Source: Amoebidium appalachense (taxonomy: Eukaryota; Protista; Ichthyosporea). Taken from it: a DNA stretch of 64,000 nucleotides. A program made the translations under genes and the position numbers. Shown one piece after another: positions 1 through 30,344 of this stretch (the first letter of the stretch is position 1; each line of letters opens with the position of its first letter). The stretch covers positions 2,356,001 to 2,420,000 of the forward strand of contig CAVNZM010000010.1 of assembly GCA_963693365.1 (NCBI GenBank). Direction: 5' to 3'. Below the pieces are notes generated by a model that worked only from the letters and a program-made list of their open reading frames with translations, was not told the origin of the DNA and did no database searches.

Positions 1-533
1 CGTTAAAAATAAAAACTACACTGCTTACTAACCGAATTAGACAATAATCCCTGAGGATTGGAATGTGTTTCCTGGGAGATTGCTTTACAAAAACAGTGTC
101 AAACACCACTGTTTTACACTTTGTTTGGTTATCTTCAGCGTGGATAGATTTTGTCAACATTGTGGTTGCAAGCAATTGGCTCTTGATCCGTTGCACGGAT
201 TGTGTTCCGTGCCCATGTTTGTTTACTCGTGCGGTACCCGGTACAGTCTTGGGTACAGGGCCCGGGTCTACTCGCCCGGTCGGGCATATGCAGCCTCACT
301 AGTATTGAGAGTGGCATGGCAGTCATACAGGAGGAGTAGTACTGCAGGATACACGTGCATGTGTCCAGTGCCACAAATGTACTTTTTTACTGGTCATACA
401 TGTGCAGTTGGCACGGTGGCAGGCTTCATTGATGGACTGCGCGCCGCTGAGGCTGACTTCCGATCGCGAACGGTGACTGTGAGCACGGCCCCTCTGAAAA
501 AAAGACGGCCTGGATAGATCGTGAATCACTTAC

Positions 534-1798
534 CCCCCATGTTTTAGATTAATCTTCAAGATTAATCAATCTTGTATCCCGGGAATTCTGGAAAATCGGT
601 CAATTAGAGTGATTAATCTTCAACATTAATCTCAACTCCCCCTCAAAAAACGGAGTTTTTTCCCGTAAAAATGGTCCGACGGGGCTGAAATTTTCCATGA
701 GCGAAGCAAACATAATAAAGGTTTGAAAGCCCAGCGGCTGGGTGTGTGTTGCATATGGACTTTTCGGCACAGCGAGAGCGTGACGGTAGGTGAATATGGA
801 TATCGAGGATCATTAATCAAGGAGCCACAGTGACTGCTGCAAGGCTTGAATGATTGATCTGAGTGTGCTGTATTGCATTATGATGTGGGGGGAAAAACGC
901 TGCGTTTCAACAAAGAAAGGGGAGAGCAATGCTTTTACACCCCTCGAGTGCAGTATACCATTGGTTGCTGTTCGAACAAGACCCATTTATGGTGTGACGT
1001 ATAGCCTTTTTTAGCTGTTGTAAACAAACAACACGGGCCGTGGCTACTTTTGAGGACCCTGCTTGTAGATTATCATCTCACACCCAACTTGAACCCGTAG
1101 CGTTGCTGTGGATACACCCTGTCGTTTTCACTTTCTTTTTGTTTTCTTGTTTTTTTTTTTTGGTTTTTGGTGATGGACGCAAAGAATGGAAGGGGACTTT
1201 GAAATAATATTTGATGATAGTGGTGGGTTTGAAGCCGGCCGGGGCAGTAGACTAGAGACATCTTTAACGATTTCTTTGCTGACGAGAGCACAAGTGATAC
1301 AGAAGATTCTGTTGACAACGGTGATACCAAACTCACAGGAAAATGGCGTATTTATGACGCCAAGCAAGTAGAGTTAACACTCAAAGCAGACGATGTTGAA
1401 AACAGGCTTTTAGATACGTTCAGGAAGGAGGCCTCGGAGATCCAGAAACGTTTGCTAACCCACTTTTCTGGAGAGCCAACCATTAGTAACGTCCTCGATC
1501 TCTTCTTTTCACCACTCATTCTCCAGACACTGCTTGAGACTATCAAAATTGGACTCCGTGCACGCAAGAAGAGGACTGCCACACTACACGATTTACACGG
1601 TTTCCTGAAAGTGATATGCTATTTGTCATTCTACGGTGTACACATGTGTCCCCCTCCGTGTTCTATGGTGTTAAACTGAGCCACGCATTCCCAACCGCAA
1701 ACACCGGTACCTCCACTTTTCATATTTTGTTTTTGTTGTTTCGTCCTGATTTTCTCTATGCAAAGGAGCCTGTCTGAAGCTGTGTAGGTGTGTATGTG

Positions 1799-1874
<76 letters not shown>

Positions 1875-2516
1875 CTTCTTTTTCCTTCTCCCCCCCCCCC
1901 CCCCCTAGTTTTTTGAATATACGTAATAGCAAGGGGGACTGGCGGCATGCCAGCAGCAGTGTATGTGTGTATGTGTGTGGGTGTGGGTTTGTGTGTGTGT
2001 GTGCGGGTTGGCGGGGGGGGGGAGGGAGGGGGGGGGGGGGGGGGGGCTGCCTGCCGTTGTATTCAGTACCCTGCATACATCTGTGTATGAAGCACAAACA
2101 ATACGGTCACTGTGCTTTGATGGTTTTGAAATTAAATTAGCTGTGGCACGTTTCTGTGGTCACAGACCTGTATTTGGTTTCATTATAAATATCATCATAA
2201 ATATATGTAGCACATAGTATTAGTATTAATAATCCCTTTTTGGAAGATCATAAATAATTGGAAATGTAACATAATACTACTATAATTGTTTCCAGAAATG
2301 TCACCGAAAATTATGTGTGGCTCTTGGAGAGGAAGAAAAAGATGGTTGAAATCATGCAACATGTCTCAGTGTGTATGGAAAACGTCTATCATGAATGATT
2401 CCCCCACCCCCCCCCCCCCGCCTCCCCCTTCCTACATAGCCCGGCCCGAATTCCTGCCCCTCCCCTCCCCTTCCCCCCCCCCCCCCCCCCCCCCCCCTCC
2501 CCCTCCCCTCCCCCCC

Positions 2517-2556
<40 letters not shown>

Positions 2557-3441
2557 TTGAGCACACACACACGCGCACGCACTGTGGCACCTGCCCACCT
2601 AACCGTGGTCACCCTAACACACACATGTGCACACACACACAAACACGTACACGCACAAAGACATGACACACACACATGGCATGGCACACACATTGAAACG
2701 GCCAGGTACATGCATTCACGAGTGCACATATCACACTCACCCCGGGGCCCCGGCTCCCTGTTAAATAACAAGGAAATTCTATTCATAGCAATATTGTACA
2801 GATACACAGACATTATCCCCCCCCCCCCCCCCCGACCCCCCCCCCCCCCTCCGCCCCAACACACATGCACATGCACCGGCTGCCCACCCAACCACCCTGA
2901 CACACGTACGTGCACGCCGTGGCACACGGACTCGTACATGCATGTATATAGAGATACACACACACACTGCATGCCGTGGCACACACTGCACTGTGAAACA
3001 CAGTGCGTAACACGTGCCACACGTGCACACACCGCAAACAAGCACGTGCACTGTGGCATCATACATGCTGAAAAACACACATGCACCCACACACACACAC
3101 ACGCGGTACACACTCACACGCAAACCGTGGACACCGTCACAGAAAACATGCACCGGCACACACTCTCTGCAATGTACACACGTACAAGCGTGTGCATTGC
3201 ATACAAACACACCCACACAAGCACACACACACGTCATCACAGCTGAACACACTAACATCAGCATGTGCGTACAATAGCACATGCATTTTAAGTTGACCTG
3301 TACAGTACCACGGCACCGTGTTACGTGGCATCCATGCACTGCATGCAGCGTACACGTGGCACCACACACACCCGTATGTGTGCTTGTCTATATAGGCATA
3401 TGCACAGGCCTAGGCACACATGTGCACACACACGTGCACAC

Positions 3442-3483
<42 letters not shown>

Positions 3484-3519
3484 ACGCACACACCAGCACA
3501 CAGACACACACACAGCACA

Positions 3520-3557
<38 letters not shown>

Positions 3558-3923
3558 GAGAAAGTGAGAGAGTACCTCACACATGACACCGGGAGCCCGC
3601 TGTGCGCGCACAATTAACACGTGAGCTTCGTGAGCCGCGGCCGGCTGCCGATCATATGCATGTGCCGCGGGATCCAGCCGCTGTGATTAATCTTCTTCTC
3701 GGATTGATTAATCTTCTTTTACGCTCGCACCTCTTCTCGAAGGTGTATAATAAACATGGATATTATAGACATAAACACCCAAAAAAAATTACATAGGCGT
3801 TTTCTTGACTATCAAAACCAACTTTTTGCTTACTTAACATGTATTTTTGGGCTGCTGGGTAAGTCGGTGGAAGCGCCGCAAATGTGATTAACGTTGAAGA
3901 TTAATCATTTGATTACATGGGGG
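534..3923 (+). mobile_element. piggyBac-like element (defective), nested in the P-like element
   Basis: Termini are CCCCCATGT...ACATGGGGG. After unequal spacers come internal inverted repeats GATTAATCTTCAA(GA/CG)TTAATCA (~547-568 and ~3885-3907). TTAC flanks both ends (530-533, 3924-3927). Extra GATTAATCTTC copies lie at ~611 and ~3685-3715. It contains a piggyBac-type transposase N-terminal fragment. Confidence 0.6.
1186..1635 (+). pseudogene. piggyBac-like transposase N-terminal fragment (frameshifted)
   Basis: An acidic N-terminus (MEGDFEIIFDD / DFFADESTSDTEDSVD, frameshift ~1250) is followed by VLDLFFSPLILQTLLETIKIG...TATLHDLHGFLKVICYLSFYG. This resembles the 'FxxFFxxxxlxxIv...vtxxElxxFlgl' start of the piggyBac DDE_Tnp_1_7 domain. 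A further exon may lie at ~2297-2368 (NVTENYVWLLERKKKMVEIMQHVS). No catalytic core was seen. Confidence 0.5.
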
Positions 3924-4112
3924 TTACTGCCTTAGATCTTTTTTTCAGAGGGCCGTGATAGATTACGTCATAAAATCGCATTCCATTGTGCTCGTGGTAT
4001 TTCGATCCACTGGATTCCGGCCCTAAACGAGATGCCGGCACAGAACATGAATGTTGTTGTTTTTCGTTTACGGTCTCGCTTTTTTTGGTTCAGTGACGGA
4101 GACATCGGTAAT

Positions 4113-4968
4113 ATGGCTGACGGCGCGACTGGCCCTATGGAGGGAGCTGCTCCTCCCGCGCCTGGAATGGATAAGAAGAGGAGTAACGGTCTGCGTAGCA
4201 ACAAAGTCGGTAAGATATGCAGTGTTCCAGGCTGCAGAGGCAACTACGACGACCAAAACAAGGTTTTCGTTTACAAATTCCCCAACCCAAACGACGGGCA
4301 CATTAAAAGCGAGACACTACGCGAAGAAACACGGAACCTTCTCAGTGCGTGGCTACGTGCTGTGCCGAGGCAGTGGCCTGAGAACTTCGACCCGCAGTGG
4401 GTACACTTTTGTGTGGGAGATCAACGGTCAAAAAATCGATCTCTCATTCGAGGGGGGGACGGCATGTTTTCGGCATCTGCAGACTATCTACGAGTCTGAA
4501 CGCGGGCAGGCACTCAAGGAGGCCTTCAGACTCACACCCACCGTTCTCTGGCCCAACAACTTCGACAAGCAGAAGGTGGGGCCAGCTTTGGCTGTGTTCC
4601 ACGAGTCCACCATTGCTGCGCTCGACAACCACGTGGTCGATGAACCCCTGTTTAAGTTCACCGCAAACTTCCTAAAACAAATCGCACGGTGGTGGAAGCT
4701 TATGAACATCGGTACCACCACATATGCGGCGCGCAAATCGGACCCATGATGTGCTGCATTCAACCAGCAGCAGTGACCAGCGGCTGATTTGGCTGGAGAA
4801 ATTCGCTGAGTGGGTGGTGAGCATGCCCATTGGTGAGCATGCCCACTGGCGAGGGGGGTTTTACGGAGGAAACGCAGTGGTCGCTGGCGTTTACGAGCAA
4901 GACAATGGTACCCCCCCCCCCCCTCCCCCCTCAAAATCCCCTCCTATGTCCTCATGCCGCTCCCCCTC

Positions 4969-5001
<33 letters not shown>

Positions 5002-5522
5002 AAAAAAGGCAGAAAGGAGGATGAAAAACACACTGAAATTCCAAAAATCCCCTTCGGTGTGCCCTCTTCCCAGCCCTCGTGCACTAAACAACACAGCTTC
5101 CCCCCCCCCCCCCCCCCCCCCCATTTCTCTCTCCACCATGGTCGCGCCATAGCACCACCACATCCCCCTTCGTACACGAAACAACAGAATAAACCGAAAA
5201 TTTCAATCTTGAACCCCCTCCATACCCCCCCCCCCCCCCCCCAAACACGCGAGACTTATTCATTTCTATTGCGTTGAGAAATAAGCAACCCCCTCCCCCC
5301 CCCCACCCCCTTCTTCCCCCTCCCCTTGACTGGATAGATAAACACCCCCCTCACCCCCTCACCCCCCCCCAACACACGAGGTCACATGAGGAGTCGACCG
5401 GCATAAAGTGTGTGATGTGTGTGTGTGTGTGTGTGTGTGTTTGTGTGTGTCTGTGTGTGACACTGTGTGTGTGTGTGTGTGTGACACGTGTGTGTGTGCG
5501 CGCGCATCAGTGTGTTTGTGTG

Positions 5523-5564
<42 letters not shown>

Positions 5565-6092
5565 TGTGTCGGGATGGGTGGGTGGGGGGGGGGGGGGGGG
5601 GGGGGGGAGAGGGGGGGGGGGGGGCTTTTCCATATGGTTTTTCACATGCCAAGCGTAGTCAAATGTGGTGCCACACAGATTTTGCTGACTTTTTATTTGC
5701 AGGCCAGCTGGTTTCATCCGCTATCTCCTGGACAGCGGCATGAGCGGCGAGAAGCTCAACTTTGTGCTCACCAGAAAGTTTCAAACCGACCCCCTTGAGG
5801 GTGCTTTTGGCACAATCCGACAGTACAGCGGTGGGAACTACAACGTTGGGGCAGCACAGGTGGGTACCTCCCCCTCCTGGATCCCCCCCCCCCCCCTACC
5901 CTACTCAGCCACCCACCCACTGCCTGCCACAGTGAAACACAAGAGATACATCACACACTCACGATTCATACAGCATTACAAAGAATAGAGACAGAACAGA
6001 TATAGGATGATTTGGTGATTCACCTTAATAATGGGATAGAGGTGTCATGACATGGTGGCCCCGGGGAATAAAATAATCAGGAGAAAAAAAAA

Positions 6093-6125
<33 letters not shown>

Positions 6126-6409
6126 TATAGCGAGAGAGGCAGGGACGGAAGAAGGGGTTGGATGAGGAGGGGAGGGGGAGGGGGGGTATCAGGACAAAAG
6201 GAGTGTGGTGAAAAGAAAGGGTGCAAAGAAAACTGAACGAACAATGAAATTAGGGGGGGGGGGGGGGGGTTGTTGAACTCAAACCACAAAATGCACACAC
6301 GTACACGCATACACACACACACACACACAAACACACAGACACACAGACACACATACACCACACACACACACACACACACCCACACACACACACACACACA
6401 CACACCGTA

Positions 6410-6447
<38 letters not shown>

Positions 6448-7070
6448 ACACACCCACACACCCACACACCATACATACACAACCCCATGCAGATACACCT
6501 AAACCTGTGTACACACGAAGATATGCTATGATACACTGCTTGCGCGCCCGCACCATAGTGTGTCATAACTTTTATAGCCACGTGCCATCTATATATACAC
6601 AAATCACACAATAAACTCACCTCTATGAACAGACTCTCCAGGCCGTCAAAAGGATACGGGTGCAGAAGCTGGCAAAGCTGGCAGTGCAGACGGGCACAAG
6701 TGTAACACAGCTGTTCGACAACATGAACACGGCGCTCAACAGCAAACGCAAAACGATCACCATCGAGACCATTCTCCCACTCTACAACAACACCATCTGG
6801 GGCCACGTCTATAAAATCAGAGAAGCAAGCAGAGCAAGTCGTCGACAAAACCAGCAAAGAAGAAAAAGGACAGCAAAACAGAGGAAAATGGAGGCGAAGG
6901 GAGGAAGAAGGAAGGGAAAGAAAGGTGAAAACAAAACAACCACGGCGGAACCACCTACCGTCGAGTGGGAGATGGAGGGAAACGATGACGAGCTGGTGGC
7001 TGCACTGGAGGCAGCAGAGGCGGAGTACGATTGGATGGTAGAAGCGTATTTGGAGGAAGCAGAGCTCTAG
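4113..7070 (+). pseudogene. P-element-type transposase with N-terminal THAP domain; internally deleted, with stop and frameshifts, spliced
   Basis: THAP N-half CSVPGCRGNY...VYKFP...WLRAVPR at ~4218-4370. The frame switches at ~4400 into LTPTVLWPNNFDKQKVGPALAVFHESTIAAL (P-transposase insertion-domain motif). TGA plus frameshift at ~4747-4765. Exon 5703-5859 encodes FIRYLL...[29 protein letters not shown] (P-type catalytic E region). Last exon ~6632-7070 has a basic then acidic tail. Confidence 0.85.
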
Positions 7071-7131
7071 CGGCTTTGTCAGTGTTTTTTAACCCTTTTC
7101 TTTTTTTGCCAGTAGGTAGAGGTGTGTGTGT

Positions 7132-7166
<35 letters not shown>

Positions 7167-7732
7167 CTTCACAGTGTTTATTGGTTGGTGGTTAGTGTTG
7201 CAGGACATAGACGTTCTAATACTTAACATACAGGTAGTATTATGTTACCTAGTTACCTAGTGGATAGAAACACCTTTGAGAGAATATACGCAAAGATGAG
7301 TTCTAGTTTTGTAGTAGATCTTTGCTCACGGCCGTGTTTGTGTAAACGTGAACTACTCAATAGATATAACTATACTGAGACTCAGCTACACCATTATGTA
7401 CACTATGCCAAAACTTTGTGCTATAGGGCTTTAGCATATTACTCTAAGACAAAAAAACGCCCTAGAACATAGGAAGCACTTCATAAACTTTTGTCGTTTT
7501 TTTTCCCTTCCGGTTTCCTTCATCTGCGCACATACATACTCGCGCTGTGAGCAGATAGTTTGCGAGCGAATCATGGCGAATCCAGTGGATCGAAATACCA
7601 ATCTGCTCTTTTGACCCCGATCTGCGGCCAGGCCGTCTTTTTTTCAGAGGGCCGTGCGCTGTGAGCCTCGTGAGCCTCCTCCCGCCGCTCGAGTTTACCT
7701 GCATGCACACACATGCATACGTGAAACCGGGG

Positions 7733-7815
<83 letters not shown>

Positions 7816-8531
7816 CACACTTTTGGGTCCTCGAGGCATCATATTTCATTCACTAAATACTCTCAAATTTTATCAGGTGCCGCGGGTGATACCCGAGGCT
7901 GCCAGTATATTTATCCACGGTGACCGGCACCGCGTGCATATAGCATGGTCCAAAGCTGCAAATAAAATCTAGCAATTTTATATGCTCGAAAAATTACCTG
8001 CTAAAGGCAACATGTACACTCACAAATAATCATATAATGTGTGTATGTAAAACCATATATATCATTAACGATATATAATAACGGCACTATTGCAAACACT
8101 GCTGCAGGTCTCTGCAATCGGATCATTGACACACCTTCAGTGGCCTCAGTTGTTCATTTTTTTAAATAATTTAATGACACATAATTGCGACGGGAACCTA
8201 TCAGCAGTTCAACAATATCAACAATATGTACTGTGCGACCACTGGTTTTACGCCAACATGGCGTACACTTAAAGAAAAAAAAGGGGGGGGGAAGGGGGGG
8301 GGGGGGGGGGGGGGGGGGGGAGGGGCTCGGTCACGGCATGCGTCCTTCTATTCTTTCAAGTTCTGCATTAATGTAATGATAATGTACAAATGTATTCAGG
8401 GTGACACAACTAGATCCCCACATCCCCACATCAGAAAAACTGAATTTTAACAAGCATCATAGGAGTGCATACAGGTGTGGAAGGGACAAACACGTAGTGG
8501 GAGGTCTAAAAAGCGGAAAAGAGGGGGGGCA

Positions 8532-8575
<44 letters not shown>

Positions 8576-8590
8576 AATAGCGCGTTTTGA

Positions 8591-27351
<18,761 letters not shown>

Positions 27352-27729
27352 GTTGCTAGAAAGCATAGTCACTGTATGAAGAAGCTAACCAACCGAGAAT
27401 AATTAAAAAAACCCTCTTTCACGGTTGTGAGTGAAAGCGAAAGCGAGCACTATGAGAGTCAAATATTGAGAATGAAAGCAGACACCCAAAAAAAAAAAAA
27501 AAAACAGCGAAGAATAGTTTCGACGGCTTGAAGGCTGAAAGAAACTTGCCAAGAAGTGGAATCAATGCTATTGACGAGGGTTGCTAATCAAAACAAATAG
27601 TTAATTACGTGAACGTGTAACAGGAAAAAACAGCAATAAAAAGTATATGCTTCGACTCCGTGGCACCTCGGAAAACAGAAACTGTTCAGGACCGCAACCT
27701 TGAACCCGCATCCAGAAAAACCGGCTCTC

Positions 27730-27753
27730 AATTTGGCGCCAAATTTGACCAAT
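27730..27753. promoter_or_regulatory. Palindromic double E2F-type site plus CCAAT box upstream of PMS2
   Basis: AATTTGGCGCCAAATT (27730-27745) is a perfect palindrome with TTTGGCGC on both strands. CCAAT lies at 27749-27753, ~380 bp upstream of the PMS2 ATG. Confidence 0.5.
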
Positions 27754-28024
27754 CAAAACAACGAGATAAGGACCATAAGCCTAAAGTGCGTAGACCCGCT
27801 AACGAGAATCGGAAGTTGGAACATCAGATGTGTGGAGTCCGAGTCCTTTTAAAAAAGAACATGCTGGATGGCCGTATGGAGCGTTTTTGCAGCAGGCGTG
27901 TTTTGCCCACCGTCCATGGCTATGGGATTATTTATGCGGGTAAGTTTTCCTTTACATTTTTTTTTACACGCCTTCTATTGCATCGCCAGCTGGAGACGAG
28001 TGACAGTAGTGTTTGCCAACACAA

Positions 28025-28036
28025 TGACGTCACGTG
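28025..28036. promoter_or_regulatory. Overlapping CRE (TGACGTCA) and E/G-box (CACGTG) upstream of the small hydrophilic gene
   Basis: TGACGTCACGTG, ~270 bp upstream of the ATG at 28306. Confidence 0.35.
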
Positions 28037-28305
28037 TTAGTCTTTTCATTTGGTAAGGTGCCACCAGGCTCAGCCAGCCGCGGCTGACAAACACGACACA
28101 AAGACGAGTGAAACTTTTTTCCCGTGGGCTTATTTGAGGAAGAAAAATGAGGCAATTTACGACAGGCAGAAATAAACGTAAGTCTGGAGTGAAGAGCATA
28201 TTCAAACACTATGGTTCAAACATCCTGACACAAACATTTGATTTCATCACGTAAGTGGCACCCAGCAGCGGAACCGACCAAGACTGAGCCCTCTTGAACG
28301 CAAAC

Positions 28306-28755
28306 ATGTCTTCCTCTGAGCACACGTTCGCCCCCGTCCTCCGTGCCAAGCAATTGGGTGAGCCGCTCGAGCGCTCCGAGCCCAAAAACACCCCTTCCAC
28401 CGCCACATCCGAGAAGAACTCCAAACAGGACGAGCGGGAAGGAGACAGCAAACCTGAAGAGACACACAAAGAGAAACATCAAGAGCAAAAGGAGGAAAGA
28501 GGCACTGAATTCGGGACAGATGCCCCCGTGAGTGAAGACATGCCTGAGCCCCGCGCCCCCTGGGAGACCGGTGTCCATCACTACAAGGAGGACATGGGCC
28601 CCTACGCACCAGGCCAGGTCACGGAGCGAAATATCAGCCCGGGAGAAAAATTCGCTGGAGTTGGGGAGGGCAGTGGCACGGTTGGCTCCAACCCCACGGA
28701 TGTGCGTGCCACTGTGTGGGGCACGGGGACCACCACACAGTCTTACACAAAATGA
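28306..28755 (+). CDS. Intronless small hydrophilic protein (149 aa) of unknown function, hydrophilin-like composition
   Basis: Repeat-free ORF with the start context CAAACATG (the PMS2 start is GCAACATG) and GC-rich third positions. It is rich in E/K/T/G/P/S with no Cys and no TM segment, and is followed by T-rich 3' sequence. Confidence 0.7.
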   Translation: MSSSEHTFAPVLRAKQLGEPLERSEPKNTPSTATSEKNSKQDEREGDSKPEETHKEKHQEQKEERGTEFGTDAPVSEDMPEPRAPWETGVHHYKEDMGPYAPGQVTERNISPGEKFAGVGEGSGTVGSNPTDVRATVWGTGTTTQSYTK

Positions 28756-29315
28756 ATAATTTGTTCGCTGAGAGATGTTAGTTGTTCTGTTTGAGTGGAA
28801 GGATTTGGAAGGAGGAGGGGAGAGTGGGATGCAGGTTGTTTTCTGTTTCTATATATCATCTTGGGTACGTGGTTCGGACTTGTAAATTGTTATTTTTGAG
28901 GATTTAGTTTTGTTCTTAGACAGTTGGTGAAGTCTGGGTGTTTTTTCTAGAAAAAATGGGGAAGGGTTATGTAAGCTGAACAGGCATTATTACGTACAGA
29001 ACTTTACAGTTGATCACCCGTTTTTACCACTTACACAAATATTTCAATCTGATCACACCGACCCATGATTATTATAGGTGAGGGGCGTGTTGCATAGCCC
29101 TTGCTCGTTGTACTCCTCCTGGCCCTACTGCATGTGTTTGGTCACCTGTCTCAGAGAAAGAAAACGGGACTCACGACCGTGATTTCTCAACCATCACTAG
29201 CACCTAGCACCTCACTCAGTCCAACACTCATTTTTGGTGCGTGTGTGTGCACGGTGCGTACACGTGTGTGAGGTGTGGGGAGGGGGCTGAGGGGGCCCCG
29301 GGGTGTATTCCCTTT

Positions 29316-29354
<39 letters not shown>

Positions 29355-29433
29355 AGGGGAGAAGGGGTGTATTCGCGTTTTTTTTTTTTTTTTTTTTTTT
29401 TTTGGGGGGGGGGGGGGGAGAAGCCCTTCTCCG

Positions 29434-29483
<50 letters not shown>

Positions 29484-30104
29484 ACACACACTACCAAGTT
29501 GTATTTGTGCGTGCTATACAAGATCTTGTTTGACACTTTTGTTATTACACAGTTCCAGTCCTTGCCCCACAGATCTACTCTTCAAAGGGTGATGCAGTGG
29601 TCCGGCCAGAAAAGCGTGTGCACGTACAATCCCCGTGCTCAACTCCACTACGTGGGCGGCGCCAAACCATGCATCACCTTGGTATCACGTGGATTTTTTT
29701 CCGCTCGACGTGAAAAAGAGAGAGACTTGTTTACTCTTGACAGTGTGCACAACCCAAGAACAATTCACGTTCTGGTAACATGAGCTCCCCCTCGCACTCA
29801 CAAGCACGTGGTATTTGAGTCTCAGGAAAAAAGTAGTTGAGTTGGGCCGTTTGCATAGTAGGAAGTTGTTTCTTTTGAACTTTCACTCACACAGCCCCTT
29901 CCCCCGCTCTGATCCTAGAAGCATCCGGATAGCACGACGACGAAACATGATATTGCAAACCAATCAGCTTCTCCCGCCCCAACCGCATATCCTGCCCTCC
30001 CCCTCACCCCCCTCACCCCCCTCACCCCCCCCCCCCCTCCCCTCCCCCCCCCCCCCCCCCCTCACCCCCCCCCCCCCCCCCCCCCCTTCTCCCAACACAC
30101 ATAT

Positions 30105-30344
30105 TCATCCCGAGTGATAATCGACGCCCAACTTCTTCTCCTCCGTGTTTGCCCCCGCTGCGTGTGTGTATTGCTCGGGGGGTGCCTGGTAGTCGGACCT
30201 TCCCTGCTCGGCAACATCACGGGCAGTAGGGGCAAGGCCAGAGTTGACGAACGTCTCTACCTTCTCTCCGGTCTCGAGCTCAACGGAGGGCTGGAGCTGC
30301 TGAGCGGGGTCCTTGAAACGGTGATGCTCCTCGAGGTGTGACAT
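30105..30344 (-). CDS. Intronless small hydrophilic protein (79 aa, MSHLEEHHRFKDPAQQ...LGVDYHSG) of unknown function
   Basis: Repeat-free ORF with A at -3 of the ATG and GC3-rich codons like the other exons; hydrophilic, with no Cys or Trp. Confidence 0.6.
   Translation of the reverse strand: MSHLEEHHRFKDPAQQLQPSVELETGEKVETFVNSGLAPTARDVAEQGRSDYQAPPEQYTHAAGANTEEKKLGVDYHSG

Larger units (their letters stand above)
484..7656 (+). mobile_element. Degenerate P-superfamily (THAP/P-transposase) DNA transposon carrying a nested piggyBac-like element
   Basis: Left end 484-513 CACGGCCCCTCTGAAAAAAAGACGGCCTGG is the reverse complement of 7628-7656, with one C difference in a homopolymer; termini are CA..TG. 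There is a perfect 23-bp subterminal inverted repeat, TGGTATTTCGATCCACTGGATTC, at 3995-4017 and 7578-7600. The element encloses P-transposase remnants. The TSD is imperfect (GACTGTGAG left, CGCTGTGAG right). Confidence 0.75.
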
